From Candidatus Helarchaeota archaeon (GTDB taxonomy: Archaea; Asgardarchaeota; Lokiarchaeia; Helarchaeales; RDOG01), in assembly GCA_019058315.1 (NCBI GenBank), contig JAHPZH010000008.1:128001-192000 (forward strand): a stretch of 64,000 nucleotides of DNA, written 5' to 3'. Below, one piece after another: positions 47,843-57,024 of this stretch (the stretch's first letter is position 1; every line of letters begins with the position of its first letter). The notes below the pieces were generated by a model. The model ran no database searches. It was not told where the DNA came from and worked only from the letters and a program-made list of their open reading frames with translations. A program made the translations under genes and the position numbers.

Positions 47843-48994
47843 ATGCCTTTTAGATATGCAGATATTCCAGAATCGAGAACAAAACAGTATTACGCAATAG
47901 GTAGACATATTTGGAAGATGCATAAAGAACTTGGACATGATTATTTAGTTAGGCTACAAGATGAGAGTGTGGAGATGATGTATCCAGAAATTAAAGAACG
48001 GTTAAATATGACGATTCGTTCAGCAAGGGAAATAATCGAAGGAAAACTTTCTCCAGAAAAAACACTAACATACATGTTATTTCCCCCTGTGGTCACTCAA
48101 CGTGGAGATTTAACACAAGGGTCGATGAAATTATTATATGGTGAGTCTTGTGACCTTACGTTTATAGTTATTGATGATAATAAAGAAGGAGAAATATTTT
48201 TTATTTTAAATGGACATGCAGAGGATGGTATTCCTGTCGATTGGTGGTTAGAGAAGCCTGATTCAGAATTACTGGATAGACGACATCAAAAATTAGGTTA
48301 TAAACTCAGAGAAATACCATCGAGAATCAAAAATTTAACTAAATGTGGAATTAGAATAATCGAAATTTTAAAAGATGTTCGCAATGAGCGCACTCCCCAA
48401 TGGAATCTTGCTTCTTATCATATATCCATGGTCTGGGGAACTGGAATGTCTAATCAATTATTCGAACGTTCATCGTGGGATGGTTTTGCCGAACTCTGGG
48501 ATGGAGTTAATGCTAAGCGATTGGGGCTTCCAGATTATTGGTTTTGTTACGTTCCTTGGCCATTAATGGTTAAAACCCTATTTGATATGCCTCGTCGAAG
48601 TTGGACTCTCAGGATAACAGGTCTTTTTCTCGGTCATAAATTTTATATTCAGGGACTTGAAGATATTGCTATCGATTGGATTAAGGAAAATTTTCCAGAG
48701 GTTTTCGAGATTGGGGTAAAACAACAAATTCAAGAAGAGGGCATTCCATTGCCTTGGCAAACTCTAGGTTGTGTTAGCCCTAACTTGAATGATCCTGATG
48801 TATATAAAAATGAAGCCTTTGATTTCAAATATCCAAAACCTGAAAAATTTCTAAAACCTACAGATCTGGATATGAGTTTGGAAGATATACTAAAAGGCGT
48901 TTATCTTGATATTACTCATGAAACCAAAGAAAAAATTTCTAAAGATCACATTATTTCACAGGGGATAGGACGAGAAACAACTTATTTAAAATAA
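47843..48994 (+). CDS. Uncharacterised 'RNERxPQW' family protein, paralog 4
   Basis: FPPVVTQRGDL, GHAEDGIPVDWW, RRH, DVRNERTPQW, YVPWP. ATG 47843 aligns with the other paralog starts. Confidence 0.9.
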   Translation: MPFRYADIPESRTKQYYAIGRHIWKMHKELGHDYLVRLQDESVEMMYPEIKERLNMTIRSAREIIEGKLSPEKTLTYMLFPPVVTQRGDLTQGSMKLLYGESCDLTFIVIDDNKEGEIFFILNGHAEDGIPVDWWLEKPDSELLDRRHQKLGYKLREIPSRIKNLTKCGIRIIEILKDVRNERTPQWNLASYHISMVWGTGMSNQLFERSSWDGFAELWDGVNAKRLGLPDYWFCYVPWPLMVKTLFDMPRRSWTLRITGLFLGHKFYIQGLEDIAIDWIKENFPEVFEIGVKQQIQEEGIPLPWQTLGCVSPNLNDPDVYKNEAFDFKYPKPEKFLKPTDLDMSLEDILKGVYLDITHETKEKISKDHIISQGIGRETTYLK

Positions 48995-49122
48995 AACTTT
49001 ATCATCAAATTCCTTTAAAAACGCTTGATCTTATTAAATCATTTTAATTTTTCTTCAAAATTATAGAATTCAAATCTTATGTCCAAACATTTTAATAATT
49101 TCTTTAATTATTGTTCCTAGCC

Positions 49123-50268
49123 ATGACTCATTATTTTGGAGAAATTCCGGAAAATTTACGGACAAAAATTTTTTATCCATTAGGAAGAAATTTATGGAAA
49201 TTATTTAAAGAGTTCGGATATGAGAGAATCCTTAAATTTCAAGAAAAATCTGAAGAAATTGTATATGAAGAAATTCAAGAACGGTTAAATACTACTTTAA
49301 TTACTGCAAAACGTGTTTTAGAGAAAAAAGTTCCACATCCCGAACAAGTCCTAACATATCTTTTATTTCCTCCAGTTGCTTCAATCCGTACGGATCTCCA
49401 ACAAGGTACTATGAAATTGTTATATGGAGATAGTGTTGATCTCTCATTTATTGTTATGCGGGATGAAACTCAAGATATTTTTTTCATTCTTTCAGGTCAT
49501 TGTGAAGATGGAATACCTGTCGACTGGTGGATGACCAGATCTAATGATGAATTATTGGATAGAAGGCATTCAAAGATCGGATTAAGACTAAATGAGATAC
49601 CAAAACAGAAAAATTTTCTTCAATGCGGTTTAAGATGTTTAGAAATATTAACAGATGTAAGGAATGAAAGAACGCCTCAATGGGCTACTTCAGCATCTCA
49701 TGTCAGCCCAGTATGGACATCAGGATTATGGAATACTTTATTGGAAAGAAGTGGACATGAAGTTCATGCTGCTCTATATGATGGTTGTGTTGCAGATAAA
49801 GCTTTTGGAGAGCCATGGTTTGCCTATATACCTTGGCCCGTAATGATTAAAACTCTATTAATGATGAAGCGAGAGGATTGGGTGTTAAGATTGACTGGTT
49901 TAATGTATAGGCATTATCTCCATTGGCAAGGTTTGGAAGATATAGCAATCAACTGGTTGAAGGAAAATTTTGCAGAAGTTTATTCTTATAGTTTGAAAAT
50001 TTGGGATGAAGGAATTCCATTTCCAATACAGACAATAAATTCAAGTCCCCCAAATTTGAAGGATCCAAAGGTTTGTAGAAGGCAATTATTTGATTGGTAC
50101 TTTCCATTTCCAGAGAATTTTATTCAACCGAGACATATCGGAATGGATATAGAAGAAGTACTTAAAGGTGTTTTTCTGAATATCACCCATGAAACACCTC
50201 ATAATGAAATTATTAACGCTTCGCATATAATTTCAATTGGAACAGGTTTAAATACTAAATTCTTTTGA
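49123..50268 (+). CDS. Uncharacterised 'RNERxPQW' family protein, paralog 5
   Basis: FPPVASIRTDL, GHCEDGIPVDWW, RRH, DVRNERTPQW, YIPWP. Tandem with paralog 4. Confidence 0.9.
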   Translation: MTHYFGEIPENLRTKIFYPLGRNLWKLFKEFGYERILKFQEKSEEIVYEEIQERLNTTLITAKRVLEKKVPHPEQVLTYLLFPPVASIRTDLQQGTMKLLYGDSVDLSFIVMRDETQDIFFILSGHCEDGIPVDWWMTRSNDELLDRRHSKIGLRLNEIPKQKNFLQCGLRCLEILTDVRNERTPQWATSASHVSPVWTSGLWNTLLERSGHEVHAALYDGCVADKAFGEPWFAYIPWPVMIKTLLMMKREDWVLRLTGLMYRHYLHWQGLEDIAINWLKENFAEVYSYSLKIWDEGIPFPIQTINSSPPNLKDPKVCRRQLFDWYFPFPENFIQPRHIGMDIEEVLKGVFLNITHETPHNEIINASHIISIGTGLNTKFF

Positions 50269-50277
50269 TTTTTTTTT
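50269..50277 (+). terminator. Oligo-T terminator candidate
   Basis: T9 directly after the TGA. Confidence 0.45.
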
Positions 50278-50348
50278 AAAATGATAGAATTATTATAAAA
50301 TAAATTTGTTATTTTAAAAATCTTAAAAATCTAATAACCAAACAAATA

Positions 50349-50780
50349 GTGAAAAATATGAATGAAGATCAAAAACTCAAAATTATTAGAATAGGCTATT
50401 GGATCGGTATAATTCTTGATTTATTATTTGCTATTGAAATGTTCCTTGCTAGCTTAACCGGAATGCCTAATTTTTTATCCCCAATATTTTCATTGGCAAT
50501 TTTTAGTGGTTTATTTTATCGTTACGCCATAGCAATTGGAGCTGCAATGATGTTTGGGTGGACTATGCTTTTAATTTGGGCAGATAGAAAGCCAATAGAG
50601 CGAAAAGATATTTTTCTTTTAACATGTTTTCCTGTAATGATATTATTAATGTATAGTAATATATTATCAGGCAGCTTAGGTTTAATTAGTATTGGAGAAA
50701 TGATTTTCAGAACAATTTTTCAATCAGGAGTAACCAGTTTATTCGTTTTTTGTTATTTTTTAGCTAAAAATCTTTCTTAA
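50349..50780 (+). CDS. Hypothetical membrane protein (4 TM)
   Basis: YWIGIILD..MFGWTMLLIWADRKPIERK. Confidence 0.75.
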   Translation: MKNMNEDQKLKIIRIGYWIGIILDLLFAIEMFLASLTGMPNFLSPIFSLAIFSGLFYRYAIAIGAAMMFGWTMLLIWADRKPIERKDIFLLTCFPVMILLMYSNILSGSLGLISIGEMIFRTIFQSGVTSLFVFCYFLAKNLS

Positions 50781-50806
50781 TTTTTTTTTAAATTAGAAAT
50801 GTCAGT

Positions 50807-51733
50807 TTGGTGAATTTTATGATTGGATATTTTATAGGAATTTTTCTAGCAATATTATCAGCCTTTATTTTTAGTTTAGGAGCCATATTTCAAAAAAAAG
50901 GTGTAGAGGAAATGCCAGATATTAAATTTGATAATATTATGGACTCTGTAAAAGCTATGTTTAAGAATAAAATTTGGGTTATTGGTTTAGTTTGTGCTAC
51001 TGGTGGTGGAATTCCTTATTTTTTAGCACAATTTTTTGTTGGAGTGGCTTTATCTCAGCCTCTTATGGGAACTGGTTTATTATTTGTAGCACTTTTTGCT
51101 ATAAAATGGTTGAAAGAATCCCTTAAATTAACAGAAATAATAGGAATTACCATATTAATTATCGCACCTATTTTTCTTACCTTCGGAAATGTTACAAATA
51201 CAGCTGTTCAAATTGCAGATCCTATTTTTCATTTTTCTTTTATCATATTTTACATCATTTGTTTTATTGCAATAGGTATAAGTTTTCTTTTTTACTGGAA
51301 ATCTGATAAATTTGTGTCTGAAAATATGGCAGCGAATTCTGGGATTTTTTTTGGTGCCGGTGCAATGGCAGCACAATTGGCCGTATTGGCTTTAAGACCA
51401 TTTCTTTCAAATACTGCATTTTATATTTCTTTAAATCCATTTTTTATAGAATATAGACCCAATTCTGATTTTTTTATTGCAATATTCGGTTTGATAATAT
51501 TATTGATTGGGAATTCGGTTGGAACTTTTGTTGTTCAAATAGCTTTTCAAAAAGGAAAAGCAGCTATAGTCGTTCCTATTCAATCCGCTGGAAATTTATT
51601 AATTCCTATTATAGGAGGAGTTTTAATATTTAAACAAACAATAGGAAATTTGTTATTCTTCATAACTGGAATCATCTTAATGTTATTCGGCACAATTTTA
51701 CTCGCAAGACTGCAAGCTGAAGCTCAAGCATAA
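50807..51733 (+). CDS. DMT-superfamily transporter (NIPA/Mg2+-transporter-like)
   Basis: About 9 TMs; GAIFQKKG, IWVIGL, SQPL, LKESL, QIAFQKG.A..VP. Confidence 0.75.
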   Translation: MVNFMIGYFIGIFLAILSAFIFSLGAIFQKKGVEEMPDIKFDNIMDSVKAMFKNKIWVIGLVCATGGGIPYFLAQFFVGVALSQPLMGTGLLFVALFAIKWLKESLKLTEIIGITILIIAPIFLTFGNVTNTAVQIADPIFHFSFIIFYIICFIAIGISFLFYWKSDKFVSENMAANSGIFFGAGAMAAQLAVLALRPFLSNTAFYISLNPFFIEYRPNSDFFIAIFGLIILLIGNSVGTFVVQIAFQKGKAAIVVPIQSAGNLLIPIIGGVLIFKQTIGNLLFFITGIILMLFGTILLARLQAEAQA

Positions 51734-51834
51734 TATGAGAAAAAATATAGAAACCAAAAATTTTAATGGAAAAATGGTTTTGCTTTTACGAGAACAAAAT
51801 TTTTAATCATTCATTAATTTTGGATTGAGTATTA

Positions 51835-53670
51835 ATGCAATATGCTGGCTATACTGGAAAATTACTAGAAATAAATCTAACCACCAAAAAATCGAAAGAA
51901 CGATATATCCAAGAAGATTTTGCTATTAGATATATTGGTGGTCGAGGATTTGGTGCAAGATTAGTCTGGGATCTCACCGATAATAAAACAAAACCTCTTA
52001 GCCCAGATAATATTATCTGTATAGCAGCAGGACCTCTAACTGGTTTATTAGCACCTGGTTCTAGCAAAACTGCAATAGTATCATTATCACCAGCAACTGA
52101 TATCTATGGAGATTCAAATATTGGTTCACATATTGGATTTGAGTTAAAAAAAGCAGGTTATGATATTTTACTATTAAAAGGAAAAGCAAACAAACCTGTA
52201 ATAGTTATGTTAGAGGATGGCGATATTGAATTTCAGAACGCAGAAGCCTATTGGGGGATGGGAGCTCGGGAATCTGAAGCAGAAATTAGAAAAGATTTAA
52301 AAGATATTCATTGGTCAGTAGCTACAATTGGTCCAGCGGGAGAAAAGTTAGTAAAATTTGCAGCAATTCAATCTGAAAATCGTGTAGCTGGCAGAACAGG
52401 TATGGGAGCAGTATTAGGTTCAAAAAATGTAAAAGCTATAACAATTAAAGGAACTAAATCACTTAACGCAGCAAATCCTGATAAATTAATAAACACTTTT
52501 CAGAGAGCAAATGATTATTTAAAATCCCATCCAATTGCGGATGTTTATGCAAAATTTGGGACTTTTGGGCTATTAGAAGGTGTTAATGAACGTGGTATTC
52601 TCCCTGTTCATAATTTCCAAGATGCTATTTTTGAAGATGTGAATGAGATAAGTATGGATAAATTTGATGAAAAATTTCCAGATACAAAAAGTCAAACTTG
52701 TCTATATTGCCCTGTTTCATGTGAAGGTGTTTTAAGAAAAAACAGCCAAATCATGCTAAGACCCCAATACGAAACTTTAGTTATGCTTGGACCTAATTTA
52801 GGAATTTCAGACTTGGATAATATTGTAGAATCAAATCATTTCTGCAATGAAAATGGGCTTGATACTATCAGTAGTGGAAATATCATTGGATTGGTAATGG
52901 AATTATTTCAAAGAAAAATTTTAACTAAAAAGGATTTAAATGGAATTGAATGTAATTTTGGAAATTGTGATGCAGTACATAAATTGTTAGAAATTATTAC
53001 AAAACGTGAGGGTATTGGTAACTTTTTAGCAGATGGAATAAAAGCAATTATTAAAAAATGGCCAGCTAGTGAACGTTATGCCTTACATTGTAAAGGATTA
53101 GAACAATCTGGATACGATACTCGTGCATTAAAAGCAATGACCCTTGCATATGCGACTGCAGATATAGGTGCACATCATAATCGAGCTTGGCCTGCTTATC
53201 ATGAATTGATTAAAAAAAGAACTAATAAAGAATTAGCAGAATTGGTAATGTTCCATCAACATATTCGTCCCTTAATGGATTGCCTTGGAGTTTGTAGATT
53301 TCCATGGATAGAATTTGATATAGATATCAAGTTATATGGGGATTTTTATAAATATGGAACTGGAGTAGATTTGAATATTCAAGATTTACTACACAAATCT
53401 GAGGGCATATATAATTTAACTCGAGCTATTAATATCCGTAGAGGAATTACACGTAGAGATGATCAGCCACCTCCTCGAGTTTATGAAGATCCAATTCCAA
53501 AAGGTCCTTTTAAAGGAAAGAAAATTGATAAAAATGAATTTCAGAACCTACTTGATATCTATTATAATCTACGTGGCTGGGATAATAAGGGAATTCCTAC
53601 ATTTGAAACATTGAAAAAATATGGATTGGAGGACATAGCTAAAGAAATTTATGCAAAAGAATTGAAATAA
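51835..53670 (+). CDS. aor: Tungsten-dependent aldehyde:ferredoxin oxidoreductase family protein
   Basis: YIGGRGFG, SPAT, IGPAGE, AGRTGMGAVLGSKNVKAI, CLYCPVSC, GLDTIS.G, DCLGVC, YYNLRGWD..GIP. Confidence 0.93.
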   Translation: MQYAGYTGKLLEINLTTKKSKERYIQEDFAIRYIGGRGFGARLVWDLTDNKTKPLSPDNIICIAAGPLTGLLAPGSSKTAIVSLSPATDIYGDSNIGSHIGFELKKAGYDILLLKGKANKPVIVMLEDGDIEFQNAEAYWGMGARESEAEIRKDLKDIHWSVATIGPAGEKLVKFAAIQSENRVAGRTGMGAVLGSKNVKAITIKGTKSLNAANPDKLINTFQRANDYLKSHPIADVYAKFGTFGLLEGVNERGILPVHNFQDAIFEDVNEISMDKFDEKFPDTKSQTCLYCPVSCEGVLRKNSQIMLRPQYETLVMLGPNLGISDLDNIVESNHFCNENGLDTISSGNIIGLVMELFQRKILTKKDLNGIECNFGNCDAVHKLLEIITKREGIGNFLADGIKAIIKKWPASERYALHCKGLEQSGYDTRALKAMTLAYATADIGAHHNRAWPAYHELIKKRTNKELAELVMFHQHIRPLMDCLGVCRFPWIEFDIDIKLYGDFYKYGTGVDLNIQDLLHKSEGIYNLTRAINIRRGITRRDDQPPPRVYEDPIPKGPFKGKKIDKNEFQNLLDIYYNLRGWDNKGIPTFETLKKYGLEDIAKEIYAKELK

Positions 53671-53706
53671 AGAGTTTAAAAAAAAATTACATTTAAAATT
53701 TTAAAA

Positions 53707-53964
53707 TTAGCTCATGGGACCTTTAAATCCCCCTCTTTTACCGGTATTTTGCCCTCCTCCATAACGTAATTTTTCAGTTCTCTTATCCTTCTTTGATTTC
53801 TTTTTATATTCTTTATAATGTTCCTTACACAAATAAGCTCTTGACATATTCTTTTCTATTTTTAAATCTAAATAACTACTAACTTGTAATAAGGAAATTG
53901 ATCTAATTGATTCATTTTCGCATAATTTTACGCTGCATTGTCTTCCTTTTGTAATTCTGCCCAT
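53707..53964 (-). CDS. Small basic Zn-binding protein (C-x4-C...C-x2-H)
   Basis: CSVKLC..RSIS..RAYLCKEHYKEYKK. GGAG SD. Confidence 0.7.
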   Translation of the reverse strand: MGRITKGRQCSVKLCENESIRSISLLQVSSYLDLKIEKNMSRAYLCKEHYKEYKKKSKKDKRTEKLRYGGGQNTGKRGGFKGPMS

Positions 53965-54045
53965 TTCATGTTCTCCATTATTTAAACATTAAAAAATAGC
54001 AATATTTTAATTTTTTTAATATTGATAAGTATTTAATAAATTAAT

Positions 54046-54789
54046 TTATTTTTTTCCACAAGCGGGGCACTTATCATTAGCTTTAATTTGGATTTTTTGG
54101 AATGACATTGATAAGAGGTCAAATATCAATAAATAATTCGTAAGAAGACCTTCTCTAAGACCAATTATGTATTTTATAGCCTCCATTGATTGAATCGTCC
54201 CAGCAAAACCCGGAGTTGCTCCTACTACAGGTAATGGTGAATCTGAAGGAGGAGGAGGAGATGAAAAGACACACCTATAACACGCTGATTTGAGAGGAAT
54301 AACAGTCATTAGTTGTCCTTCAAAACCGCGTACGCCACCAACGCTGAATGGAATATTTTCTTTAATACAAGCATCATTTACAAGATATTTTGCATTAAAA
54401 TTATCAGAACAATCCACCACAAAATCATAATTTTTAATAATAGAAACAGCATTTTTGGAAGTTAATTTCTTATTAATTTTCTTATAATTCACATTTGGAT
54501 TTAATTTTGATAATTTATCAAATGCTGAGTCAGTTTTATTCTTCCCAACTTGTTCAGTTGAATGGATTATTTGCCTTTGGAGGTTAGATAAGCTTACAAC
54601 ATCCATATCCATCAGACCAAGAGTACCTATACCAGCGGCTGCAAGATAGTACGAGACTGAGCTGCCAAGACCCCCTAACCCCATTACTAATACTGATGCA
54701 TCTTTTAACTTCTCTTGTCCTTTTTCGCCTAATTCGACAGCGATGATTTGGCGATTATATCTCTCCAATTCTTCTTTAGATAGCTTCAA
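54046..54789 (-). CDS. moeB: MoeB/ThiF/UbaA family adenylyltransferase (E1-like)
   Basis: RYNRQI, GQEKL, GLGGLGS, SNLQRQI, DCSDNF, CYRC, CPAC. Confidence 0.9.
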   Translation of the reverse strand: MKLSKEELERYNRQIIAVELGEKGQEKLKDASVLVMGLGGLGSSVSYYLAAAGIGTLGLMDMDVVSLSNLQRQIIHSTEQVGKNKTDSAFDKLSKLNPNVNYKKINKKLTSKNAVSIIKNYDFVVDCSDNFNAKYLVNDACIKENIPFSVGGVRGFEGQLMTVIPLKSACYRCVFSSPPPPSDSPLPVVGATPGFAGTIQSMEAIKYIIGLREGLLTNYLLIFDLLSMSFQKIQIKANDKCPACGKK

Positions 54790-54924
54790 TGAATTTAACC
54801 TCTATCAATTTAAAAATTCATTATTTTATAAAATTGTATAATCAATTATTAGTGATGAAATAAGAACTTTTATTTCATTCCAAGATTAAAAATAGAATTT
54901 TAAAAAGAATGTGAAAGAAATTTA

Positions 54925-55311
54925 TTACATTGATGTTTTTATTGCATCTCTGGGACAAGCATCGACACATAATTTACAATAGACACAGCGATCTTCAACA
55001 TAGACAAATGCTAATGTTTCTGGATCGATAGTTAATGCATTTACATAACATAGGCTAACGCATAAACCACATTCGATGCATAAATTATTATCGATAACAA
55101 CATGACGTTTGCTTAATACTTGTAAGCCTTTTTCTTTAAGCATTTTTGTAATAATATCAACTTTATCATCGGGAACTGATACAATACCTTCTCCGCCCTC
55201 TGAATGTATTTTAATTGATATAAAACTTATTGGAACCTTAGATTCTAATATAATATTTGCTAAGATTGGTTCATACGCGAGACTTAACGGGAATGTAAGA
55301 TATAAATCCAT
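54925..55311 (-). CDS. NIL-domain + 2x[4Fe-4S] ferredoxin, partner of the homocysteine synthase (MA1822-like)
   Basis: LTFP...EPI N-terminus; CIECGLCVSLC and CVYCKLCVDACP. Abuts the DUF39 gene. Confidence 0.85.
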   Translation of the reverse strand: MDLYLTFPLSLAYEPILANIILESKVPISFISIKIHSEGGEGIVSVPDDKVDIITKMLKEKGLQVLSKRHVVIDNNLCIECGLCVSLCYVNALTIDPETLAFVYVEDRCVYCKLCVDACPRDAIKTSM

Positions 55312-56817
55312 TTATAAAACCCTCCTTGTTCCTAATAATTTCATTAGTCCCTCAGCGGTTACCATTCCTAAAACTCGTCTTTCGGCATCTATAACTGGTA
55401 GTGCCGAAATATCATGAGTCTCAAGCTTGCGTGCTGCGGCAGCTGCTGGTTCGTCTAATGTTGTGGTTATTACCTTCCTCGTAATAACATCAGCTAAGGT
55501 TAGATTATTTTGGGCAACCGCTCTTGTTATATCAAATGAGGTGACAATACCTTGTAATTTTTTGTTTTCATCTACAATTATTATATGATTAATGTTTTGA
55601 TCAATTATTTTTTTAGCCACTATTTCTATAGAAGTAGTAATTTTACATACTGTTGCAGGACCCATGATTGACCTTACAAAGGGAATTTCTTTAGTTAATT
55701 TCATGGGTTTAAATACTGTTGTTGTTGGTAATTTTTCTACAGGTGCTGATAATAGGAATTTGCCCTCTTCAATCCAATTTTTCAGACTATCTGCTATTTT
55801 CTTGGATTTTTTTAGTCCTGTTAATGGTGAAACTTTAATCTTTTTACCATTTAATTCAATACTTCCTGATTTTAATTCTTCATAATCTGTTATTTTTAAT
55901 GTGGGTCTAGCTCTCCTTGGAACTCCATAATCAATTAAATTAGTTTTTAAATCTTTATCACTAATTGATGTTTTCTTAGCTAATCCTTCGTTTAAGATTG
56001 GGATCGGTATTCCAATTCCTACATATAGAGTAGTTCCGTAATTTGTAAAATTTGCACCCTTTAAAAATTCAGATCTCATTTGTTTTAGATCTCCTTTTAC
56101 CATGATTGTTCCAAACTGGTTTTTTGGATTATGTTGGGTTCCTTCTCCTATTATATAACCAATACCTCCGCCTAGAAATATTCTTGTACCCATTCCTATT
56201 GTTTCATAATCTGGATCATTAGATAAGGGTGATAAACAACCAGAGCCTGCAAACGTTACATTTCCGAATCGTGGAAGCAATTTGCCCATATATGTATATA
56301 GAGTATCATCGCGACTATTACATGCAGCATTATACCTTTGATAACCATTTCTAGGATTACATAAAACAGCTTGATTTAAATCATCGATGGTAAGGTTAGT
56401 ATCTACTCTAAGTCTTGGATAACAATCTGTAGCATAAGCTGTTGCTCTCAAATTTATTTCTTTTTTTGCGACTAAAGCTTCTATTACATGCCCGCCACCA
56501 TATTCAATGTTAGTATCACTCCTTCTTGTCGCTCCAATATAGACATCAACTGCAGCATTTCCATGATAACAATGTACATCGTTTAACCAAACATGTTCCA
56601 TTTTAATGGGTGGATCACTATGCCCGAAATTTAAAAATGCACCCGAAGAACACATTGCTCCGAAGGTCCCTGTTGTTACAACATCAATATCTTTCGCGGC
56701 TACTTCAATACCTTCATTTTCTACTAATTTGGTCATTTCATCTGCTGTAATTACTTGAACATCACCATTCTTTATTTTCTGGTTAATTTCTTCGTAAGTT
56801 CTTAATTTTTTACTCAT
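55312..56817 (-). CDS. L-aspartate semialdehyde sulfurtransferase / homocysteine biosynthesis protein (DUF39 + CBS pair; MA1821/MJ0100-like)
   Basis: RTYEEINQKI, DVVTTGTFGAMCSSGAFLNFGHSDPPIK, YGGGHVIE, NPRN.YQ.Y, YTYMG.LLP; C-terminal CBS pair. Confidence 0.93.
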   Translation of the reverse strand: MSKKLRTYEEINQKIKNGDVQVITADEMTKLVENEGIEVAAKDIDVVTTGTFGAMCSSGAFLNFGHSDPPIKMEHVWLNDVHCYHGNAAVDVYIGATRRSDTNIEYGGGHVIEALVAKKEINLRATAYATDCYPRLRVDTNLTIDDLNQAVLCNPRNGYQRYNAACNSRDDTLYTYMGKLLPRFGNVTFAGSGCLSPLSNDPDYETIGMGTRIFLGGGIGYIIGEGTQHNPKNQFGTIMVKGDLKQMRSEFLKGANFTNYGTTLYVGIGIPIPILNEGLAKKTSISDKDLKTNLIDYGVPRRARPTLKITDYEELKSGSIELNGKKIKVSPLTGLKKSKKIADSLKNWIEEGKFLLSAPVEKLPTTTVFKPMKLTKEIPFVRSIMGPATVCKITTSIEIVAKKIIDQNINHIIIVDENKKLQGIVTSFDITRAVAQNNLTLADVITRKVITTTLDEPAAAAARKLETHDISALPVIDAERRVLGMVTAEGLMKLLGTRRVL

Positions 56818-57024
56818 CTCATAGACCTCATAATTTATTATTTAATATTGAAAACATTACAGATTTTATATATAAATATTACTATAAGTCATATTTCTGG
56901 TCTTTATTATGAGTGTCAGTAATTAATTATTATTAAAAAATTGTGACATAGAAAAAAAGTATATATATATATAAATAATCTAATTTTTAATCCTCAAAAT
57001 TAATTAAAGGATCCTAATTTTAAA

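Noticed and set aside
54046-54789. MoeB-like gene as the ubiquitin E1 for the RING protein
   Set aside because: Ordinary MoeB/ThiF size and motifs, near AOR and sulfur-transfer genes, with no ubiquitin or E2 nearby; cofactor or sulfur-carrier activation is simpler.
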